This document shows, piece by piece, positions 29,147 through 40,086 of a DNA stretch of 64,000 nucleotides. The translations under genes and the position numbers were made by a program. This DNA comes from an uncultured Planctomycetaceae bacterium (GTDB lineage Bacteria; Planctomycetota; Phycisphaerae; SM23-33): positions 22,960 through 86,959 of the forward strand of contig CAZSLS010000004.1 in the NCBI GenBank assembly GCA_964607575.1, given 5' to 3'. The notes beneath the pieces were generated by a model, which ran no database searches, was not told where the DNA came from, and was given only the letters and a program-made list of their open reading frames with translations. Position 1 is the stretch's first letter. Each line of letters opens with the position of its first letter.

Positions 29147-29770
29147 ATGATGAATCGTATGTTTTCTATGTTTGGATTTGTCTTGGTTCTGTCGTTGATG
29201 TTTATTGCTGCGTGCAGCGACCCGCCCGCTGACGCTGTAAGCGGGGCTTCACCGGAGACACCACATAAGAAGATGACCCTTCCTCCCGCTGGATCGGATT
29301 ACGAGATCGTTGGCGTTAAGGATGGATTGTCCGGTTACATGATCAAGTACGACGACAAGCTGTACCGGGGCGGACAGATGAACAACGCCAAAGGGCTTGA
29401 TTTCCTCAAGAAACTGGGTATTACGACTGTCGTCACGATTACGCCAACCGATGATGAACGAACATATGTTGTCAAGCGCGGTATGAAGTTGCTTGAGGTA
29501 CCATTCGCCAAGACCGACGGACCGTCGACGGAAATTCTGGATGCGTTCCTGGAAGCGGTGAAGTCCTCAACCGGACCGGTTTACGTACATTGTCATGGCG
29601 GGACGCACCGGGCGGCGATTCTGGCTGGGCTTTATCGAATGGCTGTTAAGGGGTGGGACTTCAATCGGACCGCCGTCGAATTCGGTACGCTCGGAGGCGA
29701 CCTGAAAGGTGATCATGCGATGCTGGGAAGGATACGGGAGTACGCCAAGCCATCTTCAGGCACGCAGTAG
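29147..29770 (+). CDS. Lipoprotein with protein-tyrosine/dual-specificity phosphatase fold
   Basis: Lipobox IAAC; LYRGGQ; P-loop PVYVHCHGGTHRA (CX5R). Confidence 0.8.
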   Translation: MMNRMFSMFGFVLVLSLMFIAACSDPPADAVSGASPETPHKKMTLPPAGSDYEIVGVKDGLSGYMIKYDDKLYRGGQMNNAKGLDFLKKLGITTVVTITPTDDERTYVVKRGMKLLEVPFAKTDGPSTEILDAFLEAVKSSTGPVYVHCHGGTHRAAILAGLYRMAVKGWDFNRTAVEFGTLGGDLKGDHAMLGRIREYAKPSSGTQ

Positions 29771-29781
29771 AGAGGGCGTCA

Positions 29782-30213
29782 CTAGCCCATGAGCCGGATG
29801 TCGGGAGAGAGCTTCGGGCGGACGTGTTGTTTCACCAGTTCGAGGAGATGGGGTATCTCGAAGGGTTTGGCGGCGAAAGCGACCGCTCCGGCCTCTCGGA
29901 TTTCGTCTTGGGAGTACCTGCCACCCGAGATCATAACGACCCTGACGTACGGGTTAATCCGCAGCATGCGCGCCAGTGCGTCGGTCCCGTTCATCCCGGG
30001 CATCATCATGTCCATGACGACGAGATCCACCTCCGCGGCATGGCGGGAGTAATACTCGATTGCTTCATTACCGCTGCAGCATTGTGTCACGGTGTATCCG
30101 CGTGGACGAAGAACGTCGGAGATCAGTTTTCGAATTGGCGCTTCATCGTCAACGAGCAGTACATGCCCGTTTTGCCGAGGAATTGACAGGTATCGTCCGT
30201 CTTGTATCATCAT
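29782..30213 (-). CDS. Single-domain response regulator
   Basis: VLLVDDE, VMDMMMPGMNG, MISG, AKPF. Confidence 0.88.
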   Translation of the reverse strand: MMIQDGRYLSIPRQNGHVLLVDDEAPIRKLISDVLRPRGYTVTQCCSGNEAIEYYSRHAAEVDLVVMDMMMPGMNGTDALARMLRINPYVRVVMISGGRYSQDEIREAGAVAFAAKPFEIPHLLELVKQHVRPKLSPDIRLMG

Positions 30214-30350
30214 TGAGAGATCCTCGCTGCGTTTCCCGAATCACACAGCATCTCCCTCCGCAGTCTAATCGGAATGACCCGCCACATGGCGCAGGAGAAA
30301 AAGGGATTCTTGATGTGAATTGTAAGTCCGTTTGATCGGCAGGAGTATAA

Positions 30351-31628
30351 CTATGCTACAGTGGTGTTGGAGATGTGTGTTGCAAGCGTGTGCGCCAGTT
30401 CGTTGATCCTGAACGGTTTGCTCAGGAGTCCCAGAGCCCCCTCGTCGATCAGACCGTTGGTCGTCTGGTTCTGGCTGAAGCCCGAAGAGATCAGCACCTT
30501 GACATCCGGGTCGATCGCTTTGAGTTTCCTGAACGTGTCGGGCCCGTTGAGAACGGGCATGATAAGGTCGAGGATCACCAGGTCCACATTCTGGTGGGAG
30601 TCCTTGAAGTACTCGACCGCTTCGGCGCCGTTGATGCACAGCGAAACGGAATAACCCAGCTTCTGCAGCGCCGTAGACACGAACTCTCGAACTATACCTT
30701 CATCATCTACTACAAGAACGTGCCCCGTACCGCTGATGACATCCTGACCGGGCGGGCTGTTGGCGGAGACGCATGCAGTTTCGGAAGCGTGCAGGAGTAC
30801 TCTAAACGTCGTTCCCTGTCCGGGATGGCTGTCGACATGGATGTTTCCGTAGTGGCTTTTGATGCATCCGTAGACGCTCGCCAGCGCCAGTCCCGTGCCC
30901 TGGCCCACCTCCTTGGTGGTGAAGAAAGGCTCGAAAATCCGGCTGCGCGTTTTGCTGTCCATTCCGCCGCCCGTATCGCAAACGCAAACCTCCACGTACG
31001 GTCCGGGGACTATCTCGCTGGGGTAGTCGGCGCACGACTCTTCGTCGAGGGCGACATTCTTCGTCGCGAACGTAAGCACCCCTCCGTTGGGCATGGCGTC
31101 GCAGGCGTTCATGCCCAGATTTACCAGTGCGTTTTCGATCTGAGACGGATCGGCCAGGACCGTCGGCGGATCGGCCTGAAGATCCAGCTTGATATCGATT
31201 CGCTTGTCGATGCTGTGGCTAAGGAGGGCTACTGACTGCTCGATAATCGCGGTGGTGTCAACGGCGACGATCTGAAAGGTTCCCTTGCGGGCGAAGTCCA
31301 GCAGTTGCCTGGTGAGTTCCGCCGCTCGCCTGGAGGCCGCCACGACCTGCTTGAGCATGTCGTCGCGTTCGGCCTGGCCGAAGCCTTCCATCTGCAGGAG
31401 TTCGGCGTTTCCCTGGATGGCGGTCAGAATGTTGTTGAAATCGTGAGCTATTCCCCCAGCCAGTCTACCGACCGCTTCCATCTTCAGCGCATTATACGCA
31501 TGTTGATTCTCATCTCCCTGGTGGCTGTCCAGCGACTCTTGAAGCGCTGCAACCTTCCGGCGGAGTTCGAGAACTTCTTCTATGAGTTGATCTTTGGTCT
31601 TGTCCTGGTCTGCCACGGTGGATTCCAC
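30351..31628 (-). CDS. Cytoplasmic hybrid histidine kinase (HisKA-HATPase-REC, CckA-like)
   Basis: KMEAVGRLAGGIAHDFNNILT; NACDAMPNGG; IFEPFFTTK..GQGTGL; C-terminal REC domain (VVDDE, LDLIMP, KPF). Confidence 0.92.
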   Translation of the reverse strand: MESTVADQDKTKDQLIEEVLELRRKVAALQESLDSHQGDENQHAYNALKMEAVGRLAGGIAHDFNNILTAIQGNAELLQMEGFGQAERDDMLKQVVAASRRAAELTRQLLDFARKGTFQIVAVDTTAIIEQSVALLSHSIDKRIDIKLDLQADPPTVLADPSQIENALVNLGMNACDAMPNGGVLTFATKNVALDEESCADYPSEIVPGPYVEVCVCDTGGGMDSKTRSRIFEPFFTTKEVGQGTGLALASVYGCIKSHYGNIHVDSHPGQGTTFRVLLHASETACVSANSPPGQDVISGTGHVLVVDDEGIVREFVSTALQKLGYSVSLCINGAEAVEYFKDSHQNVDLVILDLIMPVLNGPDTFRKLKAIDPDVKVLISSGFSQNQTTNGLIDEGALGLLSKPFRINELAHTLATHISNTTVA

Positions 31629-31747
31629 TCACAAGTCTTCAGTAAGGTAATTATACTATATTGGAAGAAAGAGCAAACCTGATTTTCAGGAAGTTATGTA
31701 ATTCGGTTCAAAAAAACTCCGAGTCCTGCAGCCCATATGAGCTTGTA

Positions 31748-32854
31748 ATGAGAATTTTAGCACTGGAACCATACTACGGGGGCAGCCACATGCAGTTCCT
31801 GGACGCCTGGTCATCCCACAGCCGCCACGACTTCACGATCCTGGGTCTGCCCGCCCACAAGTGGAAATGGCGGATGAGGCATGCTTCGGTCACACTGGCC
31901 GATCGGGTCGCCGAAATGTCATCCTCCGGCGGTCGATGGGATGCGGTATTCTGCAGCGATATGCTGAACCTCCCGGAGTTCCTCGGGCTCGCGCCACGCC
32001 AGGTGCGCCTCCTGCCGTGTGTGGCGTACTTCCACGAAAACCAACTGACCTACCCCGACGAACGCAAAGACCCGCGAGATATACATTTCGCCCTGTCGAA
32101 TATGACTACGGCCTTGGCGGGCGGGGCGTGGTTCAACTCGGCGTTCCATCGCGATTCGTTTCTCGGCGCCCTTGGAGCCCTCCTGGCGGACATGCCCGAT
32201 TACCAGTTGCCCGGCGTGGTCGAGCGAATCCGATCGGCCAGCCGGGTCATGCATCCAGGCGTCGACCGGTTCCCGCCTCGCCGACCGCGCCGCGACGGAC
32301 CGATGCGGATACTTTGGGCCGCACGATGGGAACACGATAAAGACCCCGAAACGTTCTTCGATGCCATAGGGCGCCTTCAGACCGCAGGAACCGAATTCCG
32401 CATCAGCGTTATTGGCCAGCAGTTCAATCGGGTTCCACCCGTATTCGAAACCGCACGCAAGCAGTTCAGCGACCGGATCGACCGCTGGGGATATCAGGAA
32501 ACGCTGGACGAGTATCGCGCTGCGCTCGGGGAAGCCGACGTGTTCGTGTCGACCGCCCGGCATGAATTTTTCGGTATCAGTGCGGTCGAAGCTGCGGCCG
32601 CCGGGGCGATGCCCGTCCTGCCCAAACGACTGGCGTATCCGGAAGTGTTTCAGCTTGGCAAGGTCCCGGGAGCCGAGGCGTTGTTCTACTCCGGAGGCGC
32701 CGACGGACTGGCCCGCAGACTCGCCGAACTCGCCGACGGAGATTTCCGGTCCAGCGCTGCTGAGATAGTTAAACCGCTGGCCTGGCCCGCAGTTGCCGCT
32801 GCTATGGACGATGCAATAACACTGACCTCAAATGCGTCCGGGCCCAAGAAATAA
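31748..32854 (+). CDS. GT4 glycosyltransferase with DUF3524 domain (GTDC1-like)
   Basis: LEPYYGGSH, LPAHKWKWRMR, YFHENQLTYP, FNSAFHR, RWEHDKDPE, HEFFGISAVEA, PKRLAYPE. Confidence 0.85.
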   Translation: MRILALEPYYGGSHMQFLDAWSSHSRHDFTILGLPAHKWKWRMRHASVTLADRVAEMSSSGGRWDAVFCSDMLNLPEFLGLAPRQVRLLPCVAYFHENQLTYPDERKDPRDIHFALSNMTTALAGGAWFNSAFHRDSFLGALGALLADMPDYQLPGVVERIRSASRVMHPGVDRFPPRRPRRDGPMRILWAARWEHDKDPETFFDAIGRLQTAGTEFRISVIGQQFNRVPPVFETARKQFSDRIDRWGYQETLDEYRAALGEADVFVSTARHEFFGISAVEAAAAGAMPVLPKRLAYPEVFQLGKVPGAEALFYSGGADGLARRLAELADGDFRSSAAEIVKPLAWPAVAAAMDDAITLTSNASGPKK

Positions 32855-33123
32855 CCAGACCCAACGCCGCCCCACGCAGAACTACCGATGTCACAAATGG
32901 TTCACGTTCTTTCGGGAGTGTTTCCTGCCGCCAATTTCTCAATTACCAGTCGTCAGGTGGGAATTTATCGCATTTATTGCTAGGAGATATCGGTATTCTG
33001 TGGTATAGTAACCATCGCTCTAGTTCGCTTAGGGAGCGGCGGAGCTATTATCAGCCAAATGAGGCATGGGCGTTCTCGCTCACTCGCACCACCTCCAGGC
33101 CACACCGGCCAAGTTCCCGTAAG

Positions 33124-33174
33124 GTGAGAGTTCTTCACGCAGACTGAGTGAGTCTGCGAGGGGAAGTACTCTCA
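33124..33174. other. Long imperfect hairpin in the leader of the PEP-CTERM gene
   Basis: TGAGAGT..CTTC.CGCAGACT / AGTCTGCG..GAAG.ACTCTCA. An extended -10-like TGGTATAGT lies at 33001-33009. Confidence 0.45.
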
Positions 33175-33280
33175 GCGGAGTTAACACATTTGGACGTGCG
33201 TGCGCGCGGCCTCACGGAACAGATCGGTTCGTTCGGGTCACTCGCGTCGCGGGTTCGGCAAGAGACAAAGGAGACGCATC

Positions 33281-36200
33281 ATGAACAAGGGAAACTCTTA
33301 CATTACGGTGGTTTTGATTGCGGCGGTGCTGAGCGTTTTTGTCACGGAGGCGCCGGGCGCATCGCGAAACTGGGGCGGGTCGATCGACAGCGACTGGTTC
33401 AAAGCGGGCAACTGGACCCCGTCAGGCGCACCGGCCAGCACCGACGACCTGACCATCGGGCCTTACCTGCCCCTGCCGCCCACACCTCCCCGGCCCTCGA
33501 CGACACTCCCCGTTTTCGTAGACGGTGGCGGATCGATTTCCGCAGTCTCGCCTATGGGGAGGGCTTATTTCGACGACCTGACTATCGGCGATACTGCCGC
33601 CGGTTCGATGGACATCACGCTGGGGGGCGATGTTATCAGCGCGGTCGGTTATGTCGGGCGCCAAAGCACGGGCTCAGGGGCCGTAAACGTCAGCGGAGGT
33701 GGATCTATCTGGGACAACTCGGCGACCCTCTATATCGGTTACGACGGCGATGGTGAGTTGTTGGTCCAGGACGGCGGCTACGTCAGCAGTGCGTCTTCTT
33801 ACATAATGACGAGGCTGGGGTCCAGCGGCAGCGCTACAGTTACCGGCGCCGGGTCGAAGTGGATTACCGATTCGCTGTACGTCGGCAGCAGCGCCCCCGG
33901 AACCGGGAATCTGACCATCGCTGACGGCGGGCTTGTCTCCAGTTCGTCCGGATCGATCGGCACCGCCGCGCTCTCCAACGGCAACGCTCAAGTTACCGGG
34001 ACCGATTCCGAATGGTCCATCACCGGCGGACTGTCGCTCGGATCACACGGGGCCGGGAAGCTTACAGTAGGCGGCGGCGGTAAGGTCCGCGCCGACGGGA
34101 TGCTGTACCTCGGGGATGGAGGGCTGTTAGGGGGCGGCGGGACGGTCGATCTCAACAGCGGCGGATTCATTGTCGCCGATGTGGTCTCCCTTTCGAGCGG
34201 GGGGGTCTTCAATATCGCCACCGGTTCGACGCTGCGCACGAACCGCATGTCGGGATTCGGTAACAGCGTGACCGCCGGGCGCCTGCAACTGGGTAATGTC
34301 AGAGGGGCCACCGCCGGGGCTCATACGGTCTCTGCTGGACAGACCTTCGACGTCAATCATGACTTCATCGTGGGATACGACGCCCCGGCCGCCTTCACGC
34401 AGACCGGGGGCGCCGTCACGGCGGACTATGAGATTCTTGGTTACTCCAGCACCGGGACATACAACCAGTCGGACGGCACCCATCAGATCGCCACGTATCT
34501 GCACCTGGCCGAGGGATTCGGAACCGTCGGGACGTACACTCTGAGCGGTGGATCGCTGACGGTGGGAACCGAGGAAATCGTCGGGCGGGGCAACGGTCCG
34601 GGCTCATTCGTTCAGACAGGCGGGACGCACACCGTGGGCTCCGACCTGTATCTGGGGCAGCTTGCCGGTCCGTTTGGGGGCGGAACGTACAACCTCAGCG
34701 GCGCCCCGTCGCAACTGACCGCAACGAACGAATACATCGGGTACGAGAACACAGGTGTGTTCACCCAGAGCGACGGTACGCACCAGGTGCAGGATGTATT
34801 GTACCTCGGTCACCAGGCCGGCGGGACGGGGACCTACAACTTCAGCGAAGGGACGCTGATCGTAAAGACCGAGTACGTCGGGTACAACGGAACGGGCATC
34901 TTTAACCAGACCGGCGGGTCGCACCATGTCTTGGGCGGAGAGACCCTCTATCTGGGATACGCCGCCGGTTCCAGCGGCGCCTACACGCTCGACGGCGGGA
35001 ACCTGACCACCAGCGAAGTAAAGATCGCCGAGGAAGGCTCCGGAACATTCATTCAGAACGGCGGGATTCATAGCGTTACCGGGAAAATGTACGTCGGGCA
35101 CGTCAACGACGCTCCGGAAATCGGACGATACGAACTGCATGGCGGGACGCTGTACGTAAGTCTGAACGAGTACGTGGGCGACTACGGCGCCGGCGAGTTT
35201 CTCCAGACCGACGGCGCCCACACGGTCCTGGGCGATCTTTACGTCGGGACCTACGATGCCACCGACTGCACCGGAAGCTACGATATGACCGGCGGAACGC
35301 TGGAAGTTAGAGGTATCGAGACGGTAAGCGCGGGCGCCCCCGGTGTGTTTACGCAGAGCGGCGGGACGCACACCGTTCAGGACGACCTGATAGTCGGCGG
35401 CGGGTCGACGGGCATGGGACGTGGAGACGGGATCTACAATCTGAGCGCTACCGGTATCCTCAACAGCAACGCCGACGTGTACATCGGAACGGGCGATTCG
35501 GAGATGGCGGTCATAGGTGTTGGCCTGTTCGATCAGTCCGGCGGGGCGCATACGGTGGCGGGGAGCCTCTACGTGGGTCACGGACGCAGGACCGGCCTTT
35601 ACAACGGTACGTACAACCTCAGCGACGGGACGCTCGACGTGGGAGATCACATATACGTTGGATACGAAGGTGTCGGCAAGTTCAACCAGTCCGGCAGTGG
35701 ACAGAGCACAACGGGCCAACTCGTTGTAGGGTACGACGCCGACGCGCTTGGAGTCTGCAACCTCGACGGTGGAACGATGACGGCATCAATCAGCGAAACC
35801 GTCGGTTACTACGGGACCGGAGAATTCAACCAGACCGATGGGGTCAACGATGCCGGCGTCTCACTGGTCCTGGGCGGTGGGGGCGGGTCTGTCGGAACGT
35901 ACAATCTCGACGGGGGGGGCGGTGTTGTCGGGTAGCACGTACGTGGGAACGTATGGAATCGGGCACTTCACGCAGACCGCCGGGACGCATACCGTCGATA
36001 ACATACTGGTCATCGCATCCACCAATTTCGCGGAAGAGGCCAGCACGTACGATCTCCAGGGCGGCGATCTGTCGGTTACCGACGAGGACATTGGACAGAA
36101 GGGAACCGGAACGTTTACACAGTCGGATGGGACGCACACCGTCTCGGGCGAATTGATTATCTCCAGAGATCCGGGCTCCAGCGGTTCGTACGAACTGAGC

Positions 36201-38993
36201 GGCGGAGACCTGTCGGCCGGAACCGAGTACATCGGGTATCAGGATGCCGCTTCGTTCGTCCAGACCGGCGGGACGCACACCGTCACCGGCGACCTGTATA
36301 TGGCGCACGGGTGGAATCCTTCAATCACCACCTACGCGCTGGGCCCGGCCGGGGCGCTTTCGGTCGACAACGACGAGTACGTCGGCTATTGGGGCCCCGC
36401 AGAGTTTACGCAAACCGGCGGGACGCACCACGTCGGAGGCGATCTGACTGTCGGATACGAAGTCGACGGATTCTGCCGCTACGACCTCAGCGGGGCCGCA
36501 AGCGTACTGACGGTCGACGGGAACGAACGCATCGGCCACCTGACCTTCGGAGATTTCACGCAGTCCGACGGAACGCACACCGTCACCGGACAACTCATTG
36601 TGGCCGGCGAGTCGGGCGCACAGGCTTCCTTCACCCTCAGCGGGGGCGCATTGACGGCCGGGAGCGAGATCATCGGTAGACAGGGCATGGGTACCTTCGA
36701 TCAGACCGACGGGACGCACGAGGTTACCGATACTCTGATCGTCGGGCATTCCGGTGAAGGCATGGGAACCTTCAACCTCGACGACGGGACGCTTCAGGCC
36801 GACGCCGAGATCATCGGCAAGGGCGCCCTGGGCGAGTTCAACCAGAACGGCGGGACAAATACGGTGGCTGCGACGCTGACAATCGCCGGCCAAAGCGAGG
36901 AAGGAGAGGGAGAGGAACCAGGAGGATGGGCTCAGGGGACCTACAATCTCGCCGGCGGCGCCTTGACCGCGCTGACCGTCGACAACAACGACACCGTCAA
37001 CCAATCCGGCGGAACGCTCGATACGGACACGTTCAACAACGCCGGAACCTTCAACCATACCGGCGGGACAATGACCGCCGATACGTTCAACAACACGTCG
37101 TCCCCGACGACACACGTTCACGACCCGGCCGTCTTCAAGGCCGATACGGTCAACAACAACTCCGAATTCTATCTGTTCGGTGGAACCGTCCGCGGGGTCG
37201 CTGCCCTGATGGGGACGTTCAATAACAACGGCTCGTTCCACATGTCCGGTGGAACGTTCGAGGATTACCTGGTCAACCAAGGCTACGTTTACTACTCCGG
37301 CGGGACGTTCAACGGAATCTTCGAGCACTGGAACGGCGCCACATTCGAGCGCGACGCCGACTTCACGGCTGAGGGCGGAATCATCAACTATGGGATCCTG
37401 ACCTCGGCGCCCGGTCAGCAGTTGAACGCCAATGGATTCGGGATCCTGAATTACGGTGAATTCTATCTGAACGGAGGGACGTCTGCGGCCACCACGTTCA
37501 CCAACGACTTCGGTGCCTATTTCGAGGCGTACGGGACACTCGACGCCGATCTGGTTAATAACGGCGTGCTCGAGACTGAGGGCATGCTCATTGTGACCGG
37601 GACGACTACGAACATGGGCCAGGTGCGCATCGAAAGCACCGAGCACCTGCGCTCCGCCGGCGGAATGACGAGTACGGGAATTGTGGAGATGGAAGGCGGT
37701 TCGATCGGCGGTCCGGGCGCGCTGGTCAACCAGAGCGGAGGCGTTATCCGCGGATTCGGCGGAGTCAGCGCGCCGACAACCAACGACGGCGGCGTAATCC
37801 ACGCCACCGGCGCGCAGCTTACCTTCACTAACCTTTCCGGCGGTAATGTTAACGGGGGTGAACTCCGCGTTGCAGACGGGTCTCGCCTCCAGATCGTCAC
37901 GCCGTTTGCCAGTTCGGGAACCATCGTGACCGAAGGTGAAAACGCCGCATTGCTGGGCGGGCAGATCGCCAACACTGGAACGCTCAGCGGAGCCGGGCGG
38001 GTCAGCAATATCTTCCTGAATGACGGAGTCGTCCGCGCCACCGGTGGAACACTGACCCTTTCAGGTGCCGGCAACACCAACACCGGCCGCTTCGAGATCC
38101 CCGACGGTGCATCGGTGGTGGTCTCGCAGGGTCTGGCCGTCAACGCCGGGACCATCGCACTGACCGGCGGAACGTTCGACAACAATGCCCGCGCTATGAC
38201 CAACACCGGTTCGATCCTCGGGCGAGGGGTCGTCACCACCGGCGGGCTGGTCAATGACGGCCTGATGGCCTTTGCCGACGGAGACACCGAAATCTTCGGC
38301 GACCTCGCCAACAGCAACACCATCAACGTTACCGAATGCACGACCACCTTCTTCGGCGACGTTACCAACGCCGCCGGCGCGACGATCAAGAACACCGATG
38401 GAACAGTCAGGTTCCTCGGCGACTTCGTAAACAACGGGACGTACACGAGCGACCCGGCCGACAACTACTTCGTCGACATCACCGTCGGGGCAACGGGATC
38501 CTTCATCGGCGGCCGGGGTGATCGCTTCTTAGTCGCCGGCGACTTCGACAACGCCTCGGCGGCGTCTGCGATATGGGGCACCACCGAAGCCGAACTGGTC
38601 TTCCTGGCGAACGCACATACGCTGGAACTGCCCGGTGCGGACATGGGAACCACCTACGCGGGAATGGACGACAACTTCGCGTGGGGCATCCTGCGCCTCG
38701 CGGAAAACGGTTCGCTGACACTCGCCGACGGTAACGCCGCACCCGGCGGAGCGATGTACGTTACAACCCTGATCCTCGAAGACGGGCTCTCGCAGATCGG
38801 TTCGATCGCGGACAACGGGTTCAGCATCTACTACGACCCCGCATCGTCCGACAACGACTATCTAGGCAACCAGACGTTCCCCCTGCCCGGCGGCGGACAG
38901 ATCGCACCAGTCCCCGAACCGGCGACACTGACGCTACTGGCGCTGGGCGGTCTCGCACTGCTTCGCCGACGGAGACGCGGCGGGATCAACTAG
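33281..38993 (+). CDS. Large PEP-CTERM surface protein with beta-helix (autotransporter passenger-like) repeats; frameshifted at the G8 tract 35912-35919
   Basis: Signal peptide at 33281 (AAGGAG SD); WFKAGNW; the 'G.F.Q.GG.H.V...LYLG....G.GTYNL.GG.L' repeat continues across ORFs 33200..35935 and 35838..38993; C-terminal VPEPATLTLLALGGLALLRRRRR. Removing one G joins the ORFs into ~1903 aa. Confidence 0.85.
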
Positions 38994-39042
38994 ACGCGAA
39001 AGGCAAACCAAAGCGTGATGAAAGTGAGGAGATAACTTCTTC

Positions 39043-39855
39043 TCATGTCGGGGGCTGGCTTGTTTGAACGTGCCAAAGTGTTATGGCTGCGGCGGTGGCG
39101 AGGTTCAGGGAATCTGCTCCGGGGGCCATTGGGATTGTTAGTTGGATTTTTGCGCGGGCGATCAGGGGTTCTTCCAGACCGGTGGCTTCGCTCCCGAACA
39201 TGAGGGCTGTCGGGGCGGTTGGGCGGAAGTCGGCGAGATTTATGGCCGTTTGGTCGAGTACCATTGCGGCCAGTTGGTAGCCCCGGTCGGTCAGGACGGT
39301 CAGGTCGTCGGCGAGGTGGGTGCTTCGCGTTAGTTTGAGTTGGAAGGCGGCGCCCATCGAGACTCGCAGGACGCGGCGGGAGAATTCGTCGCAGCATCGC
39401 TCGCCGAGCAGGATGATTTCGATGCCTAATGCGGCGGCTGTGCGGAAGATGGCGCCGAGGTTCTCGGCGTTGCCTGTGTCGGGCAGGATTACGATCGTGC
39501 TGCCCGGCGTGGCTTGTGAGAGAGCTTGTTCCAGTGTGGGCAGTTCTGGTCGGTCGGCGCTGGCGATTACTCCGCGGTGGAAGTCGAAGCCTGCTATGGC
39601 TGAGAGTGTATCGTCGTCTGCGACGAACAGATCGCCGCCGCGGTCGGCGAATTCGGCGAACTCATCTGCGAAGCGGGGCGTGGTGAGTACTTGCGTATTG
39701 GGGTATTCGGCCGCGATAAGGCGATGCGCGAGCCATCGGCCTTCGGCGATCATCATGCCTTGGCTGCGCAGGTCGCGGTCGCGCAGATTCGAGAAAGCCT
39801 CCAGCCGCGGATCGTCGCCGCCGGCGGGAGATGTTTCTTGCGTTCGGTTCTTCAC
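39043..39855 (-). CDS. TrmH/SpoU family RNA 2'-O-methyltransferase
   Basis: NAENLGAIFRTAAALG, RVLRVSMGA, MFGSEATGL, IPMAPGADSLNLATAAAI (SPOUT motifs). Confidence 0.9.
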   Translation of the reverse strand: MKNRTQETSPAGGDDPRLEAFSNLRDRDLRSQGMMIAEGRWLAHRLIAAEYPNTQVLTTPRFADEFAEFADRGGDLFVADDDTLSAIAGFDFHRGVIASADRPELPTLEQALSQATPGSTIVILPDTGNAENLGAIFRTAAALGIEIILLGERCCDEFSRRVLRVSMGAAFQLKLTRSTHLADDLTVLTDRGYQLAAMVLDQTAINLADFRPTAPTALMFGSEATGLEEPLIARAKIQLTIPMAPGADSLNLATAAAITLWHVQTSQPPT

Positions 39856-40086
39856 GTCGATCCTTTTCTATCCGGCGGGGGTCGTGGTTACCGCGGTCGT
39901 GCTATAAGTATCGAGAACTGCCGGGGAAACTGCAATCTGAGCTTTGCGAAATTCGATATCGCGCCTTTGGCCCCTGCTCCGAAGCGAAAACTGTTTTGAG
40001 TTCGACCGCGGACACCGATAGAATCTTTGGCAAGGCCTACGGTGATTGCGGGCGTGGGCCCATCTGTTGGCAGGGAGAGACCGTTT

